Assembly: GCA_030264375.1 (NCBI GenBank)
Contig: JASCQW010000061.1
Location: forward strand, 96,309,518-96,373,517
Source of the DNA: Carcharhinus longimanus
Lineage: Eukaryota
DNA: 64,000 bases
Direction: 5' to 3'
The number at the start of each line of letters is the position of its first letter. The stretch's first letter is position 1. This document shows positions 53,143 through 64,000 of the stretch, piece after piece. Below the pieces are notes generated by a model. It was given only the letters and a program-made list of their open reading frames with translations. It did no database searches and was not told where the DNA came from. The position numbers and the translations under genes are program-made.

Positions 53143-54161
53143 NNNNNNNNNNNNNNNNNNNNNNNNNNNNNNNNNNNNNNNNNNNNNNNNNNNNNNNNNN
53201 NNNNNNNNNNNNNNNNNNNNNNNNNNNNNNNNNNNNNNNNNNGCTGAGAGATTATAATTTAAATGGATCAAAATTTAAGTCTGGGAAGACAAACAACCCA
53301 ACCAGGGTTTTGATGCTCAATCTGAGTGAGTAGAGGTTAGAGGTTAAAGCAAAAACACGAGTGAGCCCAGCTGTAATGTCAGTGTTCAGACTCAGAGAGA
53401 TTTGATGACATGCTGTGAGCTCAGAGTGAATCAGTGCCCTTAGGGGAAGGCAGGGGAAGAGGAAAGGAACCAAATCATCTCCTGCCTGAGCAGAACATTT
53501 TCATTTTGCTGCCCCAAGATAGATCAAGTCAATCTCTCTTTGCCTGCAAAAAAGCAAATTCATTGTACTGAATGTGTCAATATCAGTCCTACTTCCTTTA
53601 TAGGGAATAAAGATGGACATTCCTTGTAGTCCAGGATGCTAATCCTAGTGGAGAAATATCCTGAGTACCATCAGTCAGTACCAGAACTGCTGCGTCTCCA
53701 TTGAGCAAAGGGATACAAAATGTACAAGAGGTATAGATTACTAATCCTCATTGGAGTCCTTCTCCTCAAATCTCTAGCTCATTCACTCAAACCTTTGGTA
53801 GACAAATGAGGATAAGCTGGCTTTACATTTATTGTGGGTTGACCATTTTTGTCATGATACATTGTTGAGAATAAATCTCTTGTTTCTGCTGCACTCTTAA
53901 TTATTTAAGAACTCCTGGGCTTTGATCTTGGAATAGGTCAACGATGACCTATGGTGAACTAGCCAGAATCTTCACATGGGTGGACACACACCGCTTGTAA
54001 TGTTTTGCACGATTGTAACATACGAAAGAGAGTTGAGAAAATGTGCCACTGTGCAAGTAAAGCTGCACGTTATTATCTATCACACCTACAGACAGAATCA
54101 TTTCTTACTGGTTTTCAGTTATTGCTAGGCGGGGTGCTATTGCTAGGTGTTATTACTAGGA

Positions 54162-54705
54162 GGGCAGCACAGTGGCACAGTGGTCAACACTGCTGCCTCA
54201 CAGCACCGGGGTTCAATTCCAGGCTTGGATAAGAACATAAGAACATAAGAAATAGGAGCAGGAGTAGGCCATCTGGCCCTTCGAGCCTGCCCCGCCATTC
54301 ANNNNNNNNNNNNNNNNNNNNNNNNNNNNNNNNNNNNNNNNNNNNNNNNNNNNNNNNNNNNNNNNNNNNNNNNNNNNNNNNNNNNNNNNNNNNNNNNNNN
54401 NCCTTTGAGTGAAGAAGTTCCTCCTCAACTCCGTTCTAAAACGCCCCCCCTTTATCTTGAGGCTGTGCCCCCTAGTCAGATTCCCCCCATATCTGTGTGG
54501 GTTTCCTCCAGGTGTTACAATTTCCTCCTACAGTCCAAAGATGTGCAGATTAAGTGGATTGGCCATCCCCCTTAGTGTCCCAAGGTATGTAGGGGGATTA
54601 GCGGGGTAAATTTGTGAGATTTTGGGGTTAGGGCTTAGGTGGAATGCTCTGTCGGAGAGTTGGTGCAGACTCAATGGGCTGGATGACCTCCTGCACTGTA
54701 GGATT
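54162..54705 (+). mobile_element. HE1-type SINE interrupted by a young minus-strand CR1 (about 54229-54478)
   Basis: SINE head, then a CR1 tail identical to 31308-31378, an N-gap, then SINE core and tail. Confidence 0.8.
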
Positions 54706-55129
54706 TATATTGCAACAACTGGAGATTTACTGGTACTCAATGTGATTTGAAAGCAATGACATTGAGACATATTTCACTAAACAATATGGGAATACCCTTG
54801 TTTATGGATATGATGGTGGAATGTTTTATAGGTTGTTATGAAGGTCTCCAGCACCTCTACAATTCTGAAGAACTCCACAGTTATGTTCAGGCTTAAAATA
54901 CCTTGAATTAATAACACAACAGAAGATTACCCACACTTTGACTTTTAAAGATGAATTCAATTTTCAATAGTTAGGAAAAATTTCTCCTCATCACCGGTCT
55001 CCTGGACTATCCCATCAATAAACTATTTACTGTACAGCTATCACTCTGAGATCAGTAGCTGCAGATTCCAGTCCCTGGATAGTAGAACGCTGTCCAGTAC
55101 GGGGTGCTCTGTACATGCTGAACACACAC

Positions 55130-55432
55130 ATCACAGAATATCAACAGTGCAGAAAGAGGCCATTCGGCCCATCAAGCCTGCACTGACAACACCGTCACAC
55201 AGGCCCTATCGCCGGAACTCTATGTATTTACCCTGCTACTCCCCCTGACACTAAGGGGACAATGAGCATGGCCAATCAACCCAACCCACACATCTTTGGA
55301 CTGTGGGAGCAAACAGGAGCACCCAGAGGAAACCCACACAGACATGGGGAGAACGTGCAAACTCTACACAGACAGTCACCTGAGGTCAGGTCCCTGGTGC
55401 TGAGAGACAGCAGTGCTAACCACTGTGCCACC
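55130..55432 (-). mobile_element. HE1-type SINE
   Basis: Consensus match. Confidence 0.85.
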
Positions 55433-56284
55433 CTGAAAGTCATTAATTTAGTTGCTTTATAGAGTGGGAAGAGGAGAACTTCTGCTCTCCGAGTAATTAA
55501 TGGAACAACTGGTAAGTCTACAAATGTGATCGTCCTTTTAGAAAAACAAATATGATCCACATTCTGAAAATTTTTTTGAATGCACTTTGGATTTGATCAC
55601 CATGCAAAGTCAAAATGAAGCTTGAGGAGCTGTTCCCTTCACAGGGTCACATATTTAGACATTGATGTGAAGTTGAAATCATTTTCCACTGACACTAAAA
55701 CCATTGCATAAATTCACCTTTGGAATGTTTCTCATATTCCTAAATAATCCAAATAAATTATTGTTCCACAATTGGGAATAAACTCCCAACTAAAAAGAAA
55801 ATAATAACATACATACTACTCCATTATATATTCAAAGAGCTATTGCTACATTGGAATGAAAATATTCCTCTCATCATAAAATTATTCATCTGAAACAGTC
55901 CTTTAGAATTTCTAAATATTAAAATGGGATTTAAACTCAGTTGGGTTCAGAGTATAGTGTACATCAAATAAATTGCTAAATACTGAAAATTGAGGTTATC
56001 ATAAAATGGTCACAACATACAAGATGTCATCTGGCCAATCATGTCAATGCCAGGTCTCTGCAATGGCAACCCAACCAGTCCTATTTTTCTGTCTTTTCTG
56101 CCCAAACCCAGTAAATCATTTTCTCTTCAGATAATTATCCAATTCCCTTTTGAAAGTCATTGTTGAATCAGCCTTCAACACACTCTCAGGTAGATCTAAA
56201 TCCTAATGATTTGTCATCTTTGGTTCTTTTGCCATTCTCCTTAAATTGGTGTCCTCTGTTTCTTAACCCTTCCTTCAGTGGGAA

Positions 56285-56500
56285 CATAGAATCCCTACAG
56301 AGCAGAACGAGGCTATTTGGCCCATCAAGTCTACATCAACAATGATCCCACCCACGGCTTATCCCCTTAATCCTAAGTATTTATCCTGTTAATCCCTAAC
56401 ACTAAGGGGCAATTTACCACAGCTAATCAACCTAACCTGCACATCTTTGGACTGTGGAAGGAAACCGGAATGCCCAGAGGAAACTCACACAGACATGGGG
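56285..56500 (-). mobile_element. HE1-type SINE, truncated
   Basis: Tail and core present. Confidence 0.8.
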
Positions 56501-57666
56501 AAAACCTGTTCATTTGCTCCCTAAATGTTAATAGTTTATATCTATGTGCGGCAGTTTTCCGCACATGCCTTTCACTGACTTGTTCTGGGATTGGAAAGCA
56601 TCAGGTTAAGCTAATGAAATCACTGAGTGTACACAAATAACTGTGTATATGTCCACAGAGGTGTGGTCATTTTTGCTTTTAAAATTTAACCTTTATTTTC
56701 CAAGCTTCTCATTTCTTCAGACAGGTTTTGCAACAACCCAGATAAGGCAGGAGGATTCTTTGTTCAGAATAGGAAGAACTATTGTAAAACCAACACCAAA
56801 TATCACGTTGGCAGTTTTCAGAGGCAAATAGTGAAAAGAGCAAAGAATTGAAAGCAAACCCAATCCTGATTTAACGTTAACTGAAGTGCAGGTGTCAAAG
56901 GCAATCACAAAGAACTCATTCCCCAGCCTGACCAATGAAATAAGTGTGGTGTAGATAGGGGTTAGGAGAGCAGAACATTAATGTACAGTGGCAGCTTTTG
57001 GGTCGGGCATTGAGGCAGGGTCAGCCTGGAAGGTTCAGACCAGGTCAGCTGAATCTGAGTTGGGAGGGGGTCAAGGGTCACTGGGACAACGCAAAGTGCA
57101 GGAAAAATCCAATGAGCAAAGCCAGTATCTGGTCCGGCACACCACCGCACCAATGCAGTACCAAGCCAGATAAGCAGCCAAGTTATTTTACAATTTACTA
57201 AAAATTAAAATTCACGCATGGCAGCTTATAAAAATGCCCAGTTTTGGACATCTTTTGTTTTCAGACAACTGGGTCTGAGATATTGTACCTGTATCATATA
57301 TGGTTAGTTCAGTCATTTAATGCCAAAAGCCATCTCAACATGACCTAGATATGCCCTTTCATTGACAACAGAAGATAGGGCTGATGATTATTCAGCCCCT
57401 CCAGCCTGTTCTATCTTTCAGTTGTGTCACGGCTAACGTGTACCTCAGTTCCATTTCACCATCTTTGCTACATACCCCAATGCAACAAAAATGCATCAAC
57501 TATACCCTTGAAACTTTCGATTAACCCAGCGTCCAACCACAGCCCTGGCATGGAGAAAGTGACCCTTAATGTATCTAATGTACAAATCCTTGGTGGAACG
57601 AAGCATATTTTCATAAGTATAACATAACATAGGTTCATATCGGTTTAGTTTGAAACCACAACTTAC

Positions 57667-58084
57667 TTCCACTGTTCCATCCTTAAATGTTTCACTGTAG
57701 CTGCTGTCAGGTGAGCTGCGCTGGTCATCTTTGAGGTAGTTGGTGTGTGTGACAGTGAACACTTCATACTGGCTGCTGCCAAGGTTCGGTTCAAAGATCA
57801 CCCCTCGCTGTTCATCGCTCTCAGCTCTGCTATAGTGCACAGTGGGAGTCATTGTCCCCGAGTAGCTGGTGGGGTATCCTTCCGTTTTGATGCTCACCAC
57901 CGCCACCCCAGCCACCGACACAGGTGTGTTCTCAGCTGGATTCGTGCCATAAGGCTCTCCCCGCTTTGAAGTGTCCAAATGCTCCGGGTGCAAGGACAGG
58001 TTCACTGGGAGGGACTTGAGAACTTGCACTCGATTGTCATGGACTTCTAGATCGTTCTGATTATCAGATGATGTGAGGCAATTT
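57667..58084 (-). CDS. GRHL2: GRHL2 coding exon (equivalent to human exon 4), 418 nt
   Basis: Acceptor tatcag|AAAT and donor GAA|gtaagt. Translates (R)NCLTSSDNQNDLEVHDNRVQVLKSLPVNLSL...[24 protein letters not shown], matching recalled GRHL2 motifs NRVQVLKTVPVNLSL and [20 protein letters not shown]. Phase joins the next exon. Confidence 0.96.
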
Positions 58085-58212
58085 CTGATAAATCAAGGCA
58101 CAGGAAAAAATGGGAGAATAAGAGCTTTTGAAATGGGATTCAAAGAAAACAACATTACTTATACTTAGCAGGAGACACTAGGACACAAGGGCACAGCTTC
58201 AGAGTAAAGGGA

Positions 58213-58540
58213 CATAGAATCTATAGGATCCCTACAGTACAGAAGGAGGCCATTCGGCCCATCAAGCCTACATTGTCAACAATCTGACCCAGGTCCTATC
58301 CCCATAACCCCATGTTTTTACCCTGCTAAGCCTCCCCATAAACACTAAGGGGCAATTTAGCATGGCAAATGAACTTACGCAGCATATCTTTGGAGTGTGG
58401 GAGAAAACCGGAGCACCCGAAGGAAACCTGCGTTGACACAGGGAGAACGAACAAACTCCACACAGACAGTGACCCAAGACCGGAATCGAACCCAGGTCCT
58501 TGGCGCTGTGAGGCAGCTGTGCTAACCTCTATACCACCCA
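58213..58540 (-). mobile_element. HE1-type SINE nested in a CR1 3' fragment
   Basis: Consensus match. CR1 sequence lies on both sides (about 58170-58820). Confidence 0.85.
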
Positions 58541-58949
58541 CGGACTTTGTGGGTGACTCTTTAGAACTGAGACGAGGAGGAATTTTTTCAGCCAAAAGAT
58601 GGTGAACCTATGGAATTCATTGCCACAAAAGGATGTGAAGGTTAAGTCATTACATGCGTTTAAGACAGAGATAGATAGGTTCTAGATTGGTAAAGGGATC
58701 AAGGGTTACGGGGAAAAAGCAGGAGAATGGGGTTGAGAAACTTATCAACCATGATTGAATTGCAGAGCAGACTCAACAGGCCAAATGGCCTAATTCTGCT
58801 CTTGTATTTTACGGTCTTATGGGCTTATACTTAACATGAAGTGGCAATGACATAATAGGGTTGTATTCTCCATCATTTCTTTCACTTCTTTTAGAATTTA
58901 TGAACATGAACAGACGTTTTGTTCCTTTTCCCCCAAGCTTGTCAGCTTC

Positions 58950-59202
58950 TTGTCAGTGGATGAACTTGCAGCGTGGATCAGTACCTGGGACTTTGATGTT
59001 GTGGCCATTTCAGAGACATGGATAGAGCAGGNNNNNNNNNNNNNNNNNNNNNNNNNNNNNNNNNNNNNNNNNNNNNNNNNNNNNNNNNNNNNNNNNNNNN
59101 NNNNNNNNNNNNNNNNNNNNNNNNNNNNNNNTTTGTAACTGGTCGGCGCAACATCGTGGGCCGAAGGGCCTGTTCTGCGCTGTAATGTTCTATGTTCTAT
59201 GT
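58950..59202 (+). mobile_element. Near-full-length CR1 collapsed by a gap
   Basis: Endonuclease N-terminus DELAAWISTWDFDVVAISETW before the Ns, CR1 tail after. Confidence 0.8.
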
Positions 59203-60084
59203 TGTTCTTCCCTCCCTTTGGTCAATGATTTAATTAGCTGAGTCATGCATCGGAAAGGTCCCAGGCTCAATCCGTGTTGAGTTGGAAAAGTGGCTCTTGC
59301 CACCCATGGGTGAGGGAGGAAAACAAAAATGAAAGATGGCCAGAGTTCTCTTGCTTGATGGCCATCTAATGACTACCAGTCAGAATTGCATGCATATGGT
59401 TGGATGAAGCTTGACAGGGGCTTATCTGTAATACTGACCCAAGATCTCCCAAACAGTCCAGCAACATGCGCTGTCAGTTCAAACAAATGATGGTGACTTG
59501 CATCATGGAACCAGAGACTAGACAATACTCAATGAAGCAATAAACACCATCAGAAAAGAATATGAAAAGAAAATCACATCAACAATAAAAGAAATAAATA
59601 GATTTTGACAATATGATAAATAAAAATGCTTCTCCTTAACTAAAAACAGTTCCATGAGCAATAGGGTCAGTTCCAATTCCTGGCTCAAGTAATAATTCTT
59701 TATATTGTATTGTACCAATATAGACTTTCAAAGAGGGTTCACCATGCACCAATTGGGTCAAAAGCTGAAACTTTGGCTGATTTTGCCCAAAAAACCATAA
59801 CTAACTGCAAAGCCCAGTTGTTGCCCCAGCAGAGATCAGCCAATTCAGGCCCAAAAATCAGTTTTACACTAGTGTGAATTTACAGCTGGATCTTCTACTG
59901 CGCCCCATCACAGTGGATTGATAAATCCACTGAAGGTCAGCATCCAACTCAACTGCAGCCCATTAATGGAATGCAGATGAAGGCCTGACCATCCATGACC
60001 AATTCTCTGTAGCACAAGCAGGAAAACACGCTGGTGCAAAACACATCTGGAATGAAGTGGGGTGCAGAATTTGGGACTCACCTG

Positions 60085-60520
60085 AACAATGCCTGTGACT
60101 GCCTCTGGCAAGAAACTACAAAGGGTTGTGAATGAAGCCCAGTCCATCACTCAAACCAGCCTTCCATCCATTGACACTGTTTACATTTCCGCTGCCTTGG
60201 AAAAGCAGCCAGTATAATTAAGGACCCCACGCACCCCAGACATACTCTCTTCCACCTTCTTCCATTGGAAAAAAGATACAAAAGTCTGAGGTCATGTACC
60301 AACCGACTCAAGAACAGCTTCTTTCTTGCTGCTGTCAGACTTTTGAATGGACTGACCTCGGATTAAGTTAATCTTTCTCTATGCCCTAGCCATGACTGTA
60401 ATGCTACGGTCTGCATGCTCTCCTTTCCTTCTCTATGAACAGTATGCTTTGTCTGTAGCATGCAAAAACAATACTTTTCACTCTGTACCAAAACACATGA
60501 CAACAATAAACCAAATCAAA
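60085..60520 (+). mobile_element. Rex1/Babar-like LINE 3' fragment
   Basis: Same family as 30200-30595, opposite strand. Confidence 0.8.
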
Positions 60521-60644
60521 GCAGTTCAGGATAGAGGCTGCCAGTAACCTTGGACCCCAGAACACCACAGTGATGGAGTTCAAGTAATAATTCTATATGC
60601 GTGAGCCTCATTATTGTACCAGTAGTGACTTTCAAAGAGAGTTC

Positions 60645-60870
60645 ATAGAATCACAGATTCACAGTATATCATAGAATCCCACAGTGCAGGAGGCCATTTG
60701 GCCCATCGAGCCTGCACCAACCACAATCCCACCCAGGCTCTATCCCTATAACCCAATGCATTTGCTCTAACTAGTCCACTGACACCAAGGGACAATTTAG
60801 CATGGCCAATACACCTAACCCGCACATCTTTGGACTGTGGGAAGAAACCAAAGCACTGGAAACCCACGCA
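60645..60870 (-). mobile_element. HE1-type SINE, truncated
   Basis: Tail and core present. Confidence 0.8.
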
Positions 60871-60871
60871 G

Positions 60872-62410
60872 CAACTTTAGCCATATCTTTTATCATCTTG
60901 TATTCCTCAATTTGATCTTCTATCAGTCTTCTAACTTCCAGAGAGTATGGGCCTAAACTGTTCAATCCCTCTTCATATGACAAACCTCTCATCTCTGGAA
61001 TCAATCTACTGAACCTCCTCTGAACTGCCTCCAATGCCACATCTTTCCTCAAATAAGGGGACCAAAACTGTGCACAGTACTCCAGGTATGACCTCACCAT
61101 TGCCTTGTATAGTTGTAACAATACTTCCTTAGCTTTATATTCTATTCCTTTAGCTATAAATGCTGATATTACATTCACTTTCTTTATTATCTGCTGTACC
61201 TGCATGCTAGTTTTCTATAAGTCATATACTTAGGACACCCAGATCCTTCTACACCGTAGCACCCCGAAGTCTCTCCTCATTTAGATAATAAGTTGCCTTC
61301 CCATTTTTACGACCAAAATGCATGACCTCACAATTATCCATGTTAAACTGCCATATTTTGGCCCACTCTCCTAACCTATGTATACCCAATTGTAGGGCTC
61401 TTATTTCCTCATTGCAACTTACTGTCCTGCCTATTTTTGTGTCATCTGCAAATTTTGCTATAGAGTCTTTTATTCCTGCATCCAAGTCATTCGTATAGAC
61501 TATAAATAGCTGGGGCCAAAAATCAAACCCTCTGGCACCCCATTAACTACTTCTTGTCATCCAGACAAAAAACATTNNNNNNNNNNNNNNNNNNNNNNNN
61601 NNNNNNNNNNNNNNNNNNNNNNNNNNNNNNNNNNNNNNNNNNNNNNNNNNNNNNNNNNNNNNNNNNNNNNNNNNNNAAATTTCGACACCATACACTCGGT
61701 TCCCTCCTCCAGATCATCTATATAAATGGTAAATAGCTGAGCCTTATGCATGAATCCCAGAAAGTTAATATGCAGGTGCAACAGGTAATAAGGAAGGTAA
61801 ACAGCATTTTGGCATTCATTACTAATGGGATAGGATTGCAGTAGTGCTGTTGCAACTGTACAGGGCATTGGAGAGACTGCATTTGAAGCACTGCGCAGTT
61901 TTGGAACCCTTACTTAAGGAAGGCCACAAATGCATGAAAGGCGTTTCAGAAAAGGTTTACTAGATTGATCCCAGGGATGGTGGATTTGCCTTATGAAGAG
62001 AAATTGAGCAGTTTAGGCCTATACTCACTGGAGTTTACAAGAATGAGATCTAATGAAGGTATACAAGATGCTGAGGGAGATTGACAGGGGAGACGTGGAG
62101 TGGATATTTCCCCTTGTTGGATATTCTAAAATGAGAGGCTGTAGTTTTATGCCAAGGGGTAGCAGGTTTAAAACAGAAATAAGGAGGAATGACTTCACTC
62201 AAACGATCATGAATCGTGAGTGCAGAACACATGAGCCCTAGAGCGCAGAACACAAAAACAAATTTAAGGAGAGAGATGAATAATAGCGGGATGAAGGCTT
62301 ATGGGAAGTGGGCAGGAAGATGGAGATGATGCTCGAGATGAGGTCAGCCAAGATCGTATTGATTGGCGGAGCAGGTTCGAGGGGCTCAACTGCCTACACC
62401 TGCTCCTAGT
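60872..62410. mobile_element. CR1 cluster: minus 60872-61576, minus 61677-61743, plus 61745-62410
   Basis: IAKFADDTKIG, VRSYLEYCAQFWSPYLRKD and QLFTIYIDDLEEGTEC motifs. Confidence 0.85.
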
Positions 62411-62411
62411 T

Positions 62412-62706
62412 CATAGAAAAATCAGAATCCCTACAATGTAGAAGATGGCCATTCAGCCCATCGAGTCTGCACTGACAACAATCCCAACTATCCTCATAAC
62501 CCTTGATACTCACCTTGCTAATCTCTCTGACACTAAGGGGCAATTTAGCATGGCCAATCAATCTAACACACACATTGCAGAACTGTGGGAGGAAATGGGA
62601 GCACCCGGAGAAAACTCTGCAAACTCCACCCAGACCGTGACCCAAGCCGGAAATTGAACCCAGGTCCCTGGCGGTGAGGTACCAGTGTTAACCACTATGC
62701 CACCAT
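62412..62706 (-). mobile_element. HE1-type SINE
   Basis: Consensus match. Confidence 0.85.
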
Positions 62707-62932
62707 GATATCCCTTATTCTCTTATCAACAGGTGGGCCTTCCAGATTCAGTGTCCAGAAGGTGGTCCATCTTCTAGCCTCAAAACGTTCCTGGAGTACC
62801 ATCTTCATTCTTGGGGGATCCCGGAGATCCGATTTCATTTTCAGGATGTCCACCTTCTTTCTTCAATAGTGGGTCAGTGATGTTGGGCATCTTTTCAATG
62901 CTGTGCCCAGATAGGAGGGTAGAGTTTGTCAT

Positions 62933-63344
62933 GATGTGGAGATGCTGGTGTTGGACTGGGGAATCACAGTAAGAAGTCAACCAGGTTAAAGTCCAACAGG
63001 TTTATCTGGTTGCACATGCTTCCAGAGTGTTGGTCCTTCTTCAGGTGAGTGAGGATTTGTGTTCACAAACAGACACGAACTCAATTTACAAGATAACGTT
63101 TGGAATGCGAGTCTTAACAGGTAATCAAAACAGGTTAAAGAGATGTGTATTGTCTCCAGCCAGGACAATTAGTGACGGCCTCAACCGGGATTTTGGGTTC
63201 ATGTCACACTATCTGTAACCCCTACAACTTGCCTGGGTTTGCAAAATCTCTGACAGCCTGTGCTACCAAATCTCCGACAGTCTGAAAGCTTGTGCTACCA
63301 AATAAACCTGTTGGACTTTTACCTAGTGTTGTGAGACTTCTCAC
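62933..63344 (-). mobile_element. Penelope-like element with inverted ends and an ORF C-terminal remnant
   Basis: Same arms as the 14245 and 33649 copies, with the tail on the left. 63174-63218 (+) encodes DGLNRDFGFMSHYL*, resembling the C-terminus of Penelope GIY-YIG proteins. Imperfect TSD agagtttgtcat / agagtttgtgtcat. Confidence 0.75.
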
Positions 63345-63883
63345 AGAGTTTGTGTCATCAGGCCTGCCCCATCATTGAACTGGGCAAACTCACTCAGTTG
63401 CATAATTAATGAGGTTGGGGCAAGAATTCTTCCCCTTTTCCATCAGCCTTTGTAGCAGGAAACACTCCATATTCCTGGCCTTCCCAGGGAATTGTTCCCT
63501 AGAAGCAAAGGTCACCGATGAAGCAGCTAAGGATGGCTACAAAAACCTTAGCCTTACCTTTTACACTGATGTGCTGGGCTCCACCATCATTGAGGATGGG
63601 GATGTTTGAAGAACCTCGTGCTCTTATTAGATGTTTAATTATCACCTTGATTCACAACTGGTCGTGGAGGACAACAGAACTTTGATTTGATCTTCTGATT
63701 GCAGTGTCACTTAACTCTGACTATGGCATGCTAGTTCTGCTGTTTCACACTTATACAACTCTGTGTTGTAGCTTCAGCAAGCACCTCATTTTTAGGTATA
63801 TCAGGTGCTACTCCATTCATTATTTCCTGCAATTCTCATTGAATCTGGTTGTACCCCCTAACTCGATGGTAATAGTGCGAGGT

Positions 63884-64000
63884 TGTAATGACTTCAATCA
63901 GGCCATTGAGGTTGGCCTACTGGAATATGAACTTCCTGATTAAGGAGGCAATTGATTGGCCAATCAGGGAGTCTCTTCCTGGTATTCAACCGGAAGTGTC
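63884..64000 (+). mobile_element. Start of an LTR-like element running off the window
   Basis: Begins TGTAATG, interrupts an older LINE, contains CCAAT motifs, and shares ~88 nt with the 13689 palindrome. LTR identity is inferred only. Confidence 0.45.

Noticed and set aside
57496-57666. C-terminal part of the 177-aa ORF
   Set aside because: Read-through past the gtaagt donor. GRHL2 similarity stops at DGTVE.
58085-64000. Upstream GRHL2 exon (VPRDKRLL-like)
   Set aside because: No matching peptide with splice sites was found by eye. It probably lies beyond the window, though it could be in a gap or missed.

Overview
Vertebrate genomic DNA, very likely from a shark (inferred from HE1-type V-SINEs, CR1/HER1 LINEs and Deu-domain SINEs). 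The window lies entirely inside a minus-strand grainyhead-like 2 (GRHL2) gene. Five coding exons were traced by hand (58084-57667, 38632-38577, 37382-37226, 31690-31579, 3620-3526). All have AG/GT boundaries and splice in frame (838 nt, about 279 codons, covering the linker and the start of the CP2/Grh DNA-binding domain). The upstream and downstream exons were not found in the window. The introns are packed with SINEs, LINE fragments, MITE-like elements and a probable solo LTR. The most unusual signals are three. (1) A family of TSD-flanked fold-back Penelope-like elements carrying minimal hammerhead ribozyme motifs. (2) One of these holds, between its arms, a 107-bp copy of sequence found 6 kb away in another intron of the same gene. 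(3) A 135-bp palindrome that appears to have formed by fold-back of an LTR-like end seen at 63884. Repeat boundaries are approximate and family names come from recognition, not database searches. Most ORFs in the supplied track are repeat-derived noise.
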